From assembly GCA_951406725.2 (NCBI GenBank), contig OX597836.1, forward strand, positions 7,750,001 to 7,814,000: a stretch of 64,000 bases of DNA. Direction: 5' to 3'. Each line of letters opens with the position of its first letter. Positions within the stretch are counted from its first letter, which is position 1. The translations under genes and the position numbers were made by a program. The stretch is from Octopus vulgaris. Its lineage: Eukaryota. Under the pieces are notes generated by a model. It did not search any database. It worked only from the letters and a program-made list of their open reading frames with translations, and was not told the origin of the DNA. Below, in pieces: positions 40,976 to 54,299 of the stretch.

Positions 40976-42313
40976 TATGGTAGAAAACATCTACTTAAGG
41001 TTATCTGGTGCAGTGGGATCGAACCTGGAACCATGTCATTGTGTAATGCACTTCTTAAGTGCACAGCTGTACCTGCACACTGCACCTATGATGGATGCAT
41101 CTGAGATTGTGCAAGGGATATCTGGGAGTAAAAAGATGAGTAAACTAAACAAATTGGCCCCCAGGCTTTCAGCCAACATCCAGAGATGGATCATTAAGGC
41201 ATGTGCTCTGATATTATGAAGAGTAGCATAGCAAAGAGGCTGTCTGCTCTGGGTAGCAGTTTTATGAGAGCAGCACTTTTGCATCTGCTATATAAGCCTG
41301 TGTAGGGGTGGGGTAACAGGGCTTGTGGCAGTATGGAGTGGGGTGGAATTCAGACTCAAGGGCTCCTGCAGATGGTGCATTTTTAGCTATGTCACTGATT
41401 ACAAATCATTATTTTGATTTATAAAACCTAAGAAAATGTTAAATTTTGAATTTTTTTATATCTTTGAAAAAAATTTTTGTTTTCTTTTATTTCATTATTT
41501 TTAAAATATTTTTTTCAATTTTTAATGTTTTTTTTCTTCAAAGAAACAATAGTAATTTTACAAACATATTATATATAATCACTCATTGTCTCTCTCTCTC
41601 TCTCTCCATCTCTCCCTGTTAGATTGGATCCAGTAGCAAAATGAGGCTTCACAGGGTATCCACATTTTATTTTTGCCTCTTGCTTTTCTTCTCTTCTTCT
41701 CTGGCCTCGACTTCTTTCTACATTAATTAATGCTCTAATTATAATATAACCTCTAAAGCAACTTCTCTACATATAACCTTACTAAAGAACTAATAAAGAA
41801 ACAGCTGCAATTAACCACAAAAAACGACAATAATAATCATAACAACAATGATATTATCAAATAGTTGCCTTGGAAACGATTTTTAAAAAATGTCAAAGAA
41901 ATACACAGCCAAAAGCTAGGACTTACATGTCTGTATAACAGACAAGTGTACTACTCAGTACTGCATCACACGTATTACATAGAGTAGCAAAAGATTCAAC
42001 ACATATATACCCACATCATAACTGCTGGACACTGCACATATATTATGCAGTGTACTGTAGGACTTCTTTCATCTTTTACTGGTTTCAGTCATTGGACTGC
42101 GGCCATGCTGGAGCACCACTTTGAAGAGTTTTAGTCAAATGAATTGATTTTAGGGTTTTTATGTCTTTTGAGCTTGGTACTTCTTCTTTCTATCAGTCTC
42201 TTTTGTCAAACTGCTAAATTACAAGGACATAAACACACCAACACTGGTTGACAAGCATGGTGTGTGTGTGTAGGGTGGGTGGGTTTGCAACACAAGTAGA
42301 AAGGCACACGCAT

Positions 42314-42362
<49 letters not shown>

Positions 42363-43856
42363 AGGCTTCTTTCAGTTTAAATCCACTCACAAAAGCTTTG
42401 GTTGGCCCAAGGCTATAGAAGACACTTGTCCAAGGTGCCAAGCAGTGGGACTGAACCTGGAAGTATGTGGTTGGGAGGCAAACTATTTCCCACACAACCA
42501 CATATACATTTATAAATACAAAACATGGGAGAGAGCACTTTTAAGTGAACTACACACACACACACACACACATGTGGTAGAATACTCTGGGGCTTATACA
42601 TAGGCATACAATAACATTACCAGGTGCTGTACACATGTTATACAAAGTGCCAAAAACACAAAACATTGCATGTATCCAAAGTCCACAGAGCCATGCTTAA
42701 TTATTCAGGAAAATCTTGCAAAGCTCTTGAAATATTAATAACAATAATAACAACAATGCTTTCTTTATTAACCTCAAGGTTTGATAAATGAATCAATAAT
42801 GCTGCAGGACCTTGCAGTGTGGGACTACATAAAAAGAAAAATGTGTAAACAAGGAAATGAAAACAAAAAAAAAGATTCCAAGAAAAATTCCCCTCTTGTT
42901 GAAACTCCACAAAAACCACAGCCACCCCCCTGATCATGAAGGCATGTGTCCTTTGCCCTCACGCAGCTGCCCTTCTCTAATCCATAGGTGCATGCTCAGA
43001 GCAGGCCCAGTCACTTGGATGATATTTGCCACTTTTGTTCAGCTTTCAACAAATTTGCTGGGAACACCTCATTTTCCTTCTTATGTGATGAGGGATTAGC
43101 CAAAGATTCCTGTCTCCAGCCCCTTCAGTCTCAACCATCATGTGACTTCTTTAGCCAAAGCCACCAGACAGATAAAAAATGCCTGTCCTTCCTAACAAAA
43201 GGAAGGGAGTGAGAATTTCTATTATAGGCACAAGGCCTGAAATTTTGAGGGAGGGAGCTAGTTGATTAGGTCAACCCCAGTGTACAACTGGTACTTATTT
43301 TATTGACCCCAAAAGGGTGAAAGGCAAACTTGACCTCAGTAGAATTTGAAATCAGAATGTAACAACAGATGCAATGTCACTAACCATTCTGTCTGGCATG
43401 CTAACAATTCCGCCAGCTCACCACCTTAATAATAGCCATAATAATAATAATAATCCTTACTACTATAGGCACTAGGCCTGAAATTTTGTGGGAAGAGTTA
43501 AGTCAGTTACATCGACCCCAGTATTCCACTGCTATTAAATTTATTGACCCTGAAAGGATGAAAGAAGTCAACCTTGGCAGAATTTGAACTCAGAACATAA
43601 GATTAGATGAAATGCCATTAGTCATTTCACCCGGTGTGCTAACAATTCTGCCAGATCGACACCTTAATAATAATGCTTTGAATTTACATGATGCTAAAAG
43701 CACATTTGCAATGTAAATAGAGTTGTGTCTTGATGGAAAAACTCATAATAATACCTGAATTACAATATGAATTCATATATTGCTATATTTATATACATGT
43801 ATATATATATATTGTTATATTTCGGAATGGTCATATTGCACAACAAATATTTAAAC

Positions 43857-43890
<34 letters not shown>

Positions 43891-46399
43891 AAGATTCTGA
43901 TCTGACTATCATGTTAATCCACAATTATGGGAGAATTCTTGTTGAAAAACAAAGTATTTTTTTTAATGTCTTTATTCATATTTTTACAGGGTCACTGTTG
44001 TTTCAGCAAAGCAGATATTTGCTAAGCATCACCAGAGAAATTATGTTATTGTATTGGTATCTTAATCACCTGACCATATTGGTGTCTTAGACAGCTTCTT
44101 ATTTATAATAATAAGATATAAAATAATAATCCTTTCTACTAAAGGCAAAAGGCCTGAAATTTTTGAGGAGGAGACTGGTTGATTAAATTGACCCCAGTGT
44201 TTAACTGGTACTTAATTTATTGACTCCAAAAGGATGAAAGGCAAAGTTGACCTTAGGGGAATTTGAACTCAGACCGTAAATACAGACGAAATGCTGCAAA
44301 GCATTATTCCTGGTGTGCTAACGATTAAGGCAGCTTTGTGGTATTTCATCTGTTTATTATTGTTATTACTATTAAGGTGGAAAGCTGACAGAATCGTTAG
44401 CATGCTGGGCAAAATGCTTAGCAGTATTTCACCTGTCGCTACATTTACAGTTCAAATTCTGCCCAGGTCGACTTTGCCTTTCATCCTTTCAGCGTTGATA
44501 AATTAAGTATCAGTCAAATACTTGGGGTTGATGTAAATGACTTAATCCCTCCTACCAAATTTCAGGCCTTGTGCCTAAGTAGAAAGGATTATTATTATCA
44601 AGGCAGCCTTAATAATAATAATAATAATAATAATAATTGTTTTTGATATGGCAACAATGCCTGAAATTTAGGGTAAGAAGGTAGTCAGTTACATCAACCT
44701 TAGTCCTTGATTGCTGCTTTATGTTATCAACTCTGGAAGGATGAAAAGCATAGTTGACCTCAATGAGATTTGAAACCGAAATCCCTTGAAGCATTTTTTC
44801 TGATCCATGAACAGTTCCAGCAACACATTTCCCTTTAAGAGTTTCTGATTTAGGTACAGCTTATTGTTGTTAAAAACAAAAATTCGAGTGGAAGATCTCA
44901 TTCTTTGTACATTGACTTCGCTTTCCAGACATTTATACAACTACAAGGCACTGAAATAATGCTGGAAAATCTGTCTGTTACAATGGGCAGTTAATCTTAC
45001 TGGAGGTCATTTTTAGAGAGCATTCAAGTTGGCTAGTGGTAGTAGTGGTTGTTGTTGTTGTTGTTGGAAATAATTCTGTGTAAATAATAGGAAGTTTGTG
45101 AGGAGTGTTGTTTGTAGTAAAAGGAAGTGTGATTGTCCAAGGTATTTTGACCAGTTTAGGAAGTGAGATAGTGCTTCCTCAGACTTGGCCTGTGTTGTCT
45201 TGGTGTTGCCATAGCTTCCTGTATTCAAGTCTTGTGATACCATTTTCTAGTTAGGCATATGGTTAAGTATGATGACAATTTGCATTGGCATCTATAGGTC
45301 AGAGGCCGAAGAGGAAGAAATTTATCTGATGTTAAGAAGGGGGACATTAGATTAACTCTTTGGCATTTAATCTGGCTTAAATATTCAACATGTTTTATGT
45401 TAAAATTGACCAGATCTAGCCCTGTCCCATTGAAATCTCAAACTTACAAGATAATGCATGATTAATTCAGAACAATGTGAATAAATAAACATTACATTTG
45501 ACAGAGTAACAAACTCCACCTGCTGCAAACGGCAGCCAAATCTACTTCAGATCGTGTCGCTTTGCTATTTTAGGGAGAAGTATGTGTTGGACAATGAAGT
45601 CCTAGGTATAGGTGCAGGCATGGTTGTGTGGTTAAGCTCACTTTGTATCCACTTAGTTTTGGGTTCATTTCTACTTTTTTTCCAACTTGGGCAAGTGTCT
45701 GCTATTATAACCCTGGGCCAGCCAAGCTTTGTGCAAGAATTTGGTAGATGGATACAGTGTGGAAATTTGTCATATATATATATACATACACATATATATT
45801 TGTGTATGTGTCTGTGTTAGTTCCCCCTCACTGTTTGACAACTGGTGATGGTTTGTTTACATCCCTGTGATTTAGCAGTTCAGCAAAAGAGACTGATAGA
45901 ATAAGTATTAGACTTCAAAAAATAAGGGCTGGGGTTGATTTGTTCAAATAAAACTCTTCAAGTTGGTGCCCCAGCATGGCCACAGTTAAATTACTGAAAC
46001 ATGTAAAAGATGGCAATGTAAAAGAAAACGTGCAAAAAAGGCATGATGGCCATGGTTGGAATGGCTTTGAACATTGGTCTGTTCAATGAGGGACTGACCT
46101 GGAGCTAAACAACACCAGTGAATCCATTTAGCATGAGAAGCACACAATTCTATGTTATGATATGACAGTCATTCATATTCCACCAAGGTCAGCTTTGCCT
46201 TCTGTCCTTTCGGGGTTGAAAACATAAGTACCAGTTAAGGAGGAGGTGGGGGTGTCAATGTAATCAACTTCAAGACTGCTGGCCTTGTGCCAAACTAAGA
46301 AAGGATTATGCTATGACAGCCTCAACTGTTTGTAACGTATGAAGAAGTAGCAGACCAAGGACAAGTTTAATGAGAGCAGAAATGAGTGAGTCTTTAGAT

Positions 46400-46676
46400 C
46401 AGTGGTTCCCAAAGTGGGTGGTATTGCCTCCCTGGGGGTGGTGGAAAGTTCCAAGAGGGCATTGACGAAAAGTGTGGTGATAATGGGGGAGCGATTCACG
46501 TAAAAACAACAAAATAATGAGGTTCATGAGGTTAAGTTTTTTTCCGTGAAATACAGTTGCTTTGAATTTGCTTCAGAAAGAGGTCCGTGTTTGTGATGGT
46601 TAGTTGGGGTGGGGGCACTAGGAATGTGGCCTGAGTGTCAAGGGGGCAGCAGCCTGAAAAAGTTTGGGAACCACTG
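46400..46676. mobile_element. Complete hAT (Charlie-like) MITE
   Basis: TIRs cagtggttcccaaa / tttgggaaccactg; 8-bp flanks ctttagat / ttatagat. Confidence 0.85.
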
Positions 46677-47328
46677 TTATAGATCAAGGGGTCCATCTAT
46701 TGGGCCACAAACCAGCTGTGGGTCATTTTGTATGGGGCTACACAGAAAGAATAAATTTTTAAATTCTGTTTCTATTTCATTGACTATCGCAGTCTATGAA
46801 ATGCTTTTGCATTATACATCATATTGTATATGATATATGTATATTATATATGTAATAGCTGAATTATGCATTTTATTGTGTTCTGTTATGTGCGTGCTCC
46901 TCCTGTCCATGGAAAAGTCATCTTGCATGGAACTGGTCAGTAGTGTGGAAGAGGTTGGGGGACTGCTGCTCCAGATAGTCATTTGACATGCTAGAATCAG
47001 CAATAAGGTCTCACTCGAATAATACCCTGCCATCTTAAATAAAGAAGAGACACACTGGATAATGTGGTCAGAGTACACTGTATCTTGAAAGAAAAAAAAA
47101 ATGGAGTGGTGGTCATAGCTGGAATCCCATTGATTATGGAGGTCTTCAATGAGAATGGCAACATGGTGTAGACACCCTGTCTTTGTTGACATGTAAGCAT
47201 CACTGGAGAAAGAAAAAACAGGAAAAAGAATGTTAATATTTGTGTCTGTCACCAATCGGAAATACATATTGAAAATGAAATTAAAATGTTAACTTTCTCC
47301 ATATCATTTCTGTTTTAGTGCTGTATGG

Positions 47329-47366
<38 letters not shown>

Positions 47367-47480
47367 CACACACACACACACATAGATACATGTATGTGTA
47401 TATATATGAATAAATATACATGCATTTGTAAATAAACATACATACATGTGTGTGTATATACATATGTATATATGTGTTTA

Positions 47481-47531
<51 letters not shown>

Positions 47532-47595
47532 CATATTCATTTCTCATCCTGTTTTGAATACACTTAAAAAAAACCCAGAACACTTATCATTTCAG

Positions 47596-47623
47596 GAGCG
47601 AAGTTATTTCTACGAAGGTTTTT
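47596..47623 (+). CDS. Predicted 28-nt microexon (ERSYFYEGF + T), phase 0 to 1
   Basis: cacttatcatttcag|GAGCGAAGTTATTTCTACGAAGGTTTTT|gtaagt. The frame is restored only with exon 54274-54299. Confidence 0.55.
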
Positions 47624-49359
47624 GTAAGTTTCAAATTATAGAATTCTATGAGCAGTCTGCAAGTCTTCTGTTGCGGCTGTTGTTATCATTTATTTGTGGA
47701 GAGGCTACATTTTATTAAATATTATTTCTCTGATTTTTTTCTTTCTCTATTTGTAAATTTTTTTTTTTTTTTTTTTTTTACTTCTTGTTTCAAAATTAAT
47801 GCAACCAGACTACTTTTAAAAACTTCCCTTCCAACACATTCACACATGTATATATTTTGCTATACATAAATTACACACACATGCACACGCATATATCTTG
47901 TAAGATGTGTGTGGAGCACATCAAATTTCAGTATGTTGTAAAATGATAAGCTGGCAGACAGAAATATGATAATCAAAAGATAACTCTTTTGGATTTGCTT
48001 ATGTGTACATGTATATTCTTTCTCTCTCTGTCTCTCATTTCTCTCTCACACACACACACACACTCACTCACACACATTCATCATAGTGATATAGGTCATA
48101 CTGTATCATTGTGACCCAGTAACATACTAAGATCTAAACACGTCACAAGACAGAATTTCTAAGCTTTTCTCCAGTCATACTGATGTTACAAGCATTTAGA
48201 CATTGCACAAGCATCCTTGTTATTTGGCTCAGAATCACAAGGCTTCCCGACTACGACCATCCCATTTTTTTTTTGAGCATTGCATTTTAAGCGCAGTGTA
48301 TTTTTAGTCACACTATCCATTGTGGTTTTTGGTTTGTTTGTTTTTTTTTTCTTTTTAGGCCACCTCTGGTTTGATGAGACAAACTTCCTGTAGTTAAAGT
48401 GGTGATCTAAGTTAAAACTGTTGACTAATTTCATGTTAATTTGTTCCAAAAACCAGTGTAACACTAACGAAGTTATTTCACCAAACTTTTCATTAGTCTC
48501 ATAATTAATTGAAACAGAGGTACCTGCGAAAGGAAAAGCAGTGGGAAATAATAATAATGATGATAATCTTTTTTACTATAGGCAAGAGGCCTGAAATTTT
48601 GGGGAGCAGGAGGCCAGTTGATTAGATTTACCCCAGTACACTAATGGTACTTTTTTTATCGACCCTGAAAGGATGAAAGGCAAAGTCAACCTCAGCGGAA
48701 TTTGAACTCAGAACGTAAAGACAGACGGAATGCCACTAAGCATTTTTCCTGGCATGCTAACTATTAAGACAAATTCTTTTTTCTTTATTGCCCACAAGGG
48801 GCTAAACATAGAGGGGACAAACAAGGACAGACAAAGGGATTAAGTCGATTACATCAGCCCCAGTGCATAACTGGTACTTAATTTATCCACCCTGAAAGGA
48901 TGAAAGGCAAAGTCAACCTCGGTGGAATTTGAACTCAGAACACAAATACAGATGGAATGCCATTAAGCATTTCACCCGGCATGCTAACGATTCTGCCAGC
49001 TCACCGCCTTACTATTAAGACAAATTCTTATCGTACCTGATTTCTTTTAAGAGAAATGTGGTATGTTATGGGAGATTTGGCTACTATCTCTAGCAGGTTG
49101 AGTCATGATGTAGATCGGGGGTTCTCAAGCATTTTGTATCTATGGACCCCTTTGATTACTATTTTATTCTAGTGCCCCCCACCCCAGCCATTCAGTGTTT
49201 AAAAACTAGTTTTATAGAAACTTCTTTCAAAATTCCTCTTTTGCTTTCCTCACATTAACTTGTGCAGGTTCAACTATGTAAAACATTAGAGAAAGAAACC
49301 TAGCTGTTTCTTGTAATACATACCAATACATACATATATAAGGCAGAATCTTTCAATAT

Positions 49360-49610
49360 ATGCTTGTTTTTATGTTCCATTATAAGAAAATCAATTGCAG
49401 CGTGGAAGGTGTTTATAAGCCATTTAAGAAACACACAAAAACCTTTAGATTCACTTCAACGTTTAAATTTAATTTGCCAAAATATTTTCGTCGCTTTGAG
49501 ACTGCGACCTGTTTACTGACAAAATTCCATGCTTTAAAAACACCTTCCACGCTGCAATTGTTTTCGTTCCAGCACAGGATCTCAGATCAGATCACTTGCT
49601 AATGCAAATA
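49360..49610 (-). mobile_element. Penelope-like inverted terminus with hammerhead-like motif (49473-49523)
   Basis: Perfect 23-bp IR 49392-49414 / 49538-49560; minus strand UUUGUCA-GUAAACA-G-GUCGC..GCGAC-GAAA-AUAU-UU-UGGCAAA. Confidence 0.6.
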
Positions 49611-51123
49611 TATCTATAAGAAAAACAATTTTATGTTAATCTGAGGGGTTACTTTATACATTTATACAATACAAATTTATTGTTTTTAAATAAGAATATT
49701 ATTGACAGTGATATCATTATTGTGGCTTAATGATAAGATGTACTCAGGTCATTCTGAAAGTATATATGTATATAATAAAAGGATTGAAACCAACTTCCAC
49801 CGAAAAAAAAAAAAAAAAGACAACACTAGAGGGACAAGTGTCTTGACAAATGTTATGTTATGTATGTGTGCGTGAGTGTGTGTGTCTCCTTGTTTCAGTA
49901 TCGTGTGCTTGTTGTAAATGAGTCTCATTCGTTTCCAATAATCTTTGGAAACATGTCTAGCCATAGGGAAACAGGTAAGGGTTGGTGACAGGAAAGGCAC
50001 TTAGCTGTAGAAAATTTGCCTCAATAGATTTCACTTGGCTTGTGTAAACTTAGAAATGGAAAAGTGGAAGTTAGTTAAAATGATCTGCTTGGTTCAATTT
50101 CACTTCTAGGATAAAAAAAAAAAAAATTTCAAAGAAATGTGTCTCATCTTGGGGAAACAAAGAAATACCACATTGCTGTAGACTATCGACCTATCCCATA
50201 GAAAGAATTATTTTTCATTTACTCACCACCATAGGAATCAGAGAAATGCATTGACCCCAGGAGATAACTGTTGATATCCACATAAGGATACATAACCAAT
50301 GATCACAACAGCTGGTGCCCATAAAAGGATAGGCACACTATAGTGAATGTGAGACATTTGACGAGAGTAATTACAAAATGTCATGATCTATCACACATTG
50401 TAATTATCGTTGTAAAGTGCCTCGTGCTACTCTGCTCTGTGATAATTTTGTATTTATCAAGGTAGAGTATCTGATGTTTTTAATTAGTATGGTAAGCTGT
50501 CTTGTATGTGTAGTTACCATGGTAAAGTGTTTGATATCTGTACTTTTTTTTTCTTTATGTCTTTGTTTTTGTTGATTAGCATCATAGAATATCTCACACA
50601 CTGTCATTTGAATGGTAATCTGGTAAATCTCTTTCGCATTTTTCAAATCACTTCAGGTTGGTTGTGCAATGTATTTATGTGTGTATATGTATGTAGCTAA
50701 GTGTGTGTGCATATGTAGTAACTGAAAAAAGAAAAATCGTATATATATATATATATGCCTCTGTGTGTTGCTCCAGCATGGCTGCAGTTAAATAATAGAA
50801 ACTAGTAAAGATAAAAGTAAATGGTATTTGTGTGTATTTATGTGTGTGTCAGGAGGACCTGTCGAGCACTGTGGATTGAAGTAATTGACTAGTCCTGTCA
50901 CGGACATGACAACCTCTTCAATGTTTGTTCAATGGTAAAACTTACCCAGCACACTTTGTAAAGTGGTTGGTGATAGAAAGGATATCCAATGAGCATCATC
51001 ATCATCAGCATCATTTAACATTCATTGTCCATGCTGGCATGGGTTGGTCAGTTTGACCAGAGCTGCAATCGGATGGGGGATGCCTGAGATCCTAGAAGAC
51101 ACAGACAGACAGAACGGATTTTA

Positions 51124-51156
<33 letters not shown>

Positions 51157-52465
51157 GTATATGATGAACTTTTATACAGTTTCTGTCTTCTCAGTCTCAA
51201 GGCATTGGTCAGTCTGAGACTATAGTACATGGTGCTGTACATTGGGTCTGAACCTGAAACCACGTGATTGCAAGATGAACTTCTTAACCACATACTTATG
51301 CTTGTGTGTGCCTGAATGTTTTTTTCTTCCTGAAATATCACTCCCATCATACATACAGTCATGATTCTATTCTGAAATCTCGTATATTTGCATGGTTGTA
51401 TCATGTCAAAAATTCCCACTCCCCTTTGGTTCCTGAAAAATTATGATATTGGAGTCTAATAAAACTCGGGCATGAGTAGGCTGGCGATAAGTGAAAATTC
51501 ATGTTTACTTTGATGCCTATATGAACCTTCATTTATGTAATTGCTCTGTTTATATAGTGATTAGAATTTATTATTTTATATACACATACACACACACATG
51601 CACACGTACTCATACAGACACGTAGGCAGTAGGCAAGTATGTTTTCTAAGAAAATAGATGTTCATATAGATAATTAGTTTCCTGGTTAGATATAAAAATT
51701 ACATGATATTTGATTAAGTATTCCTAAACCTTGGACCTTCGCAGTCAGATGTTTAGGTACTTAATATGGAACTTATTTGTAATTTATATCTATATTATCA
51801 ACAACAGTGTTGTCAGTTATAGGTTTCCTTATCTCTACATCTATGATGGAGACAGTGACAAGGGAATGTCTGCCTTATCGGCAGAAAAAATACCACAAGG
51901 TATTTTCCTTTGGGAGGAATACTAGCATATTGGTTTTTTCAGTGATGTTTTGGTGGTAACCTTAATTCATGACCTTGGTGGACACCACTGCATAACCTCC
52001 ATGGCCCTTGGGTACCCCTTAGTGGAGTCTACCCTTCACCGTTGTATATCTGTCTCTCTTTCTCCTTTACTTTCTCTTGTTGCTCACACATGACCATTGT
52101 CCACCTTTCTTTTCCTCATGTGCTCATCTTTCTTTTCTTTCCGGGCTGTCCTAAAGACTGGATGTATCCTGTCTCTCTCTTTTATCTTTTCTCTTGTCAA
52201 AGAAAATATTTCTCCAGCATTTGCCATTTTACCCTCATTCTGGTCTAACGACCCTCTATGTTTGTTTTCCTTCGGTTTCCTTGTATGTCTCCACTGTCCT
52301 GTTTTTGTTCCCAACTTTAACCCTCCATAAATCCCAAATTTTATTTTGGTACATATAGGAGCAACTGTCTTCAAAGACTCATATTGTCGTTCAGTGCTCG
52401 AAATGGTTGTTTACTGTTGGTGATGTCCTGTACCCTTATATGCATATATATATATATATATATAG

Positions 52466-52660
52466 TTAATCCAAACAAGAAAGCACAAAAAAACACAACA
52501 ACGCAAGGACGTGGAACAAATATAGTATTATTAGACGCTCAGGAAAGAAGGAGGGTTTAATGTTTCGAGCGGAGCTCTTCGTCGGAAACATAGGAGAAGG
52601 AAAGATCCAGAGAAGGGAAGACAGAGGAAAAAAAATCGCCAATGGTACACATGTGGTCAC
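52466..52660 (-). mobile_element. Penelope-like terminal repeat with minimal hammerhead motif (52555-52589)
   Basis: Minus strand GUUU-CCGACGA-A-GAGC-UCC-GCUC-GAAAC-AUU-AAAC; flanked by (TA)n. Confidence 0.6.
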
Positions 52661-54273
52661 ATATATATACACATTTATATACATATATATATATATATAC
52701 ACATATACATATATATACACATGCACATATATATACATATACACACACATACATACACACACACATACACACACACACACATATATAAGGTTGATGCAAA
52801 AAGGCATCAAAATTTTTTTTTCAATTTACAGGGAGACACCTTCCTATTCTATTCATATTCCTAAGAAAGCATTGTATGCGAAATTTGGGGTTGAAAAAGA
52901 GAAAATTAGAGGTTGCTACCAAGCTTTAAGAATAAATATATATCAGTTTGTGCTCAAAAATATTATTTTGTTGATATTTTCGCTGGAATGGGCTTGATAT
53001 GTACTTAGTTAACCTAGTTTCAAACAAAAAACCGATGACATTCTAGGCTATAGTACGTAGTGAGATACAGTGTATGTCATGTTAGATTTTTTTTATGTGG
53101 AAGTTTTCCCCCAGCATTCCCCCTGAATTGGATGCCAATCCATTGCAGTGTTTACTCATTCACAGCTGAGTGGACTGGAACAGCATAAAATGAGGTGTTT
53201 TACTCAAGAATCCAATGCACTGCCTGGCCTGGGAATTGAAGCCACAATCTTGCAATCTTGAGTGCAACTTCCTAGCCACCAAGCTCCAAACCTTCACTCA
53301 CACACAAGATTCTGAACAGTTTTTATTTGTTCCACTGAGGTTGACTTTGCCTGTCATCCTTCTAGGGTTGATAAATTAAGTATCAGTCAAATACTTAGGG
53401 TCGATGTAATTGACTTAATCCCTCGCACCAAATTTCAGGCCTTGTGCCTATAGTAGAAAGGATTTTTATTATTATTAATGTGCCAAGCTGGCAGAATTGT
53501 TAGCTCACGGTATAAAGTGCTTAGCAGCATTTCATCCATCTTTACGTTCTAAGTTCAAATTCCAGCAAGGTTGACGTTGCCTTTCATTTTTTTTGAGGTT
53601 GATAAAATAAGCACCAGTGGAGCACTGGTATTTTTAGGTTGAAAAATTTGTCATTCTTTGGAGTGTTTTTGCTAGATTTATTTTGCCTCTTATTAAGAAC
53701 ATCAATGCACAGTTAATATAAGGTCATTAATGTTATATAATATATTGTATTGTATACAAGACTAATTATTTCTTATATTTGTGGTAGTAATTGGGATGAT
53801 AAATTGGTATGGATGGGGTTAATAAGGGCATCCAGCTGTAAGAACCCTGCCAAAACAGACAGTGAAGCCTAGTGCAGTCTTCTGCCTAGCCAGCCCCTGT
53901 CAAACTGTCTAACCCATGCCATCTTGAAAAATGGACATTAAATAATGATGATGATGAAGCAGGGGGGCAGTTAATGTAGGAAAACGTGAAGAAACACGTG
54001 TCGAAAGCCCTTGAAGGCATTGCTCCAGTATGGCTGCAATCAAATGAGGAAAACCTATAAATGAATAACAGAATGATTACAGGTGTTTGCTACACCGTAT
54101 CATTATCATCCGCTTGAGATATGAGAGAGTAATGTTGATTATCTGTGTAAATTGCTATAAATAGAAGAGCAGGTAGAAAGGTTTGCGTTGTTATCAGAGA
54201 GCAAAAATGTCTGTGTTGTTAGTAATAACAGGCTAAATACAAACACGGAAATGCTCTTCTTCTTTTCCTTCAG

Positions 54274-54299
54274 TCGATACACCCAAATTATTTATCTTT
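54274..54299 (+). CDS. Predicted 26-nt microexon ([F]DTPKLFIF), phase 1 to 0
   Basis: Strong pyrimidine tract atgctcttcttcttttccttcag|TCGATACACCCAAATTATTTATCTTT|gtatgt; 28+26=54 nt. Confidence 0.6.

Noticed and set aside
46812-47267. 151-aa minus-strand ORF with a strong acceptor near 47203
   Set aside because: Most of it is an interspersed repeat also seen near 2640-2800, 18050-18230 and 59640-59990; no good donor.
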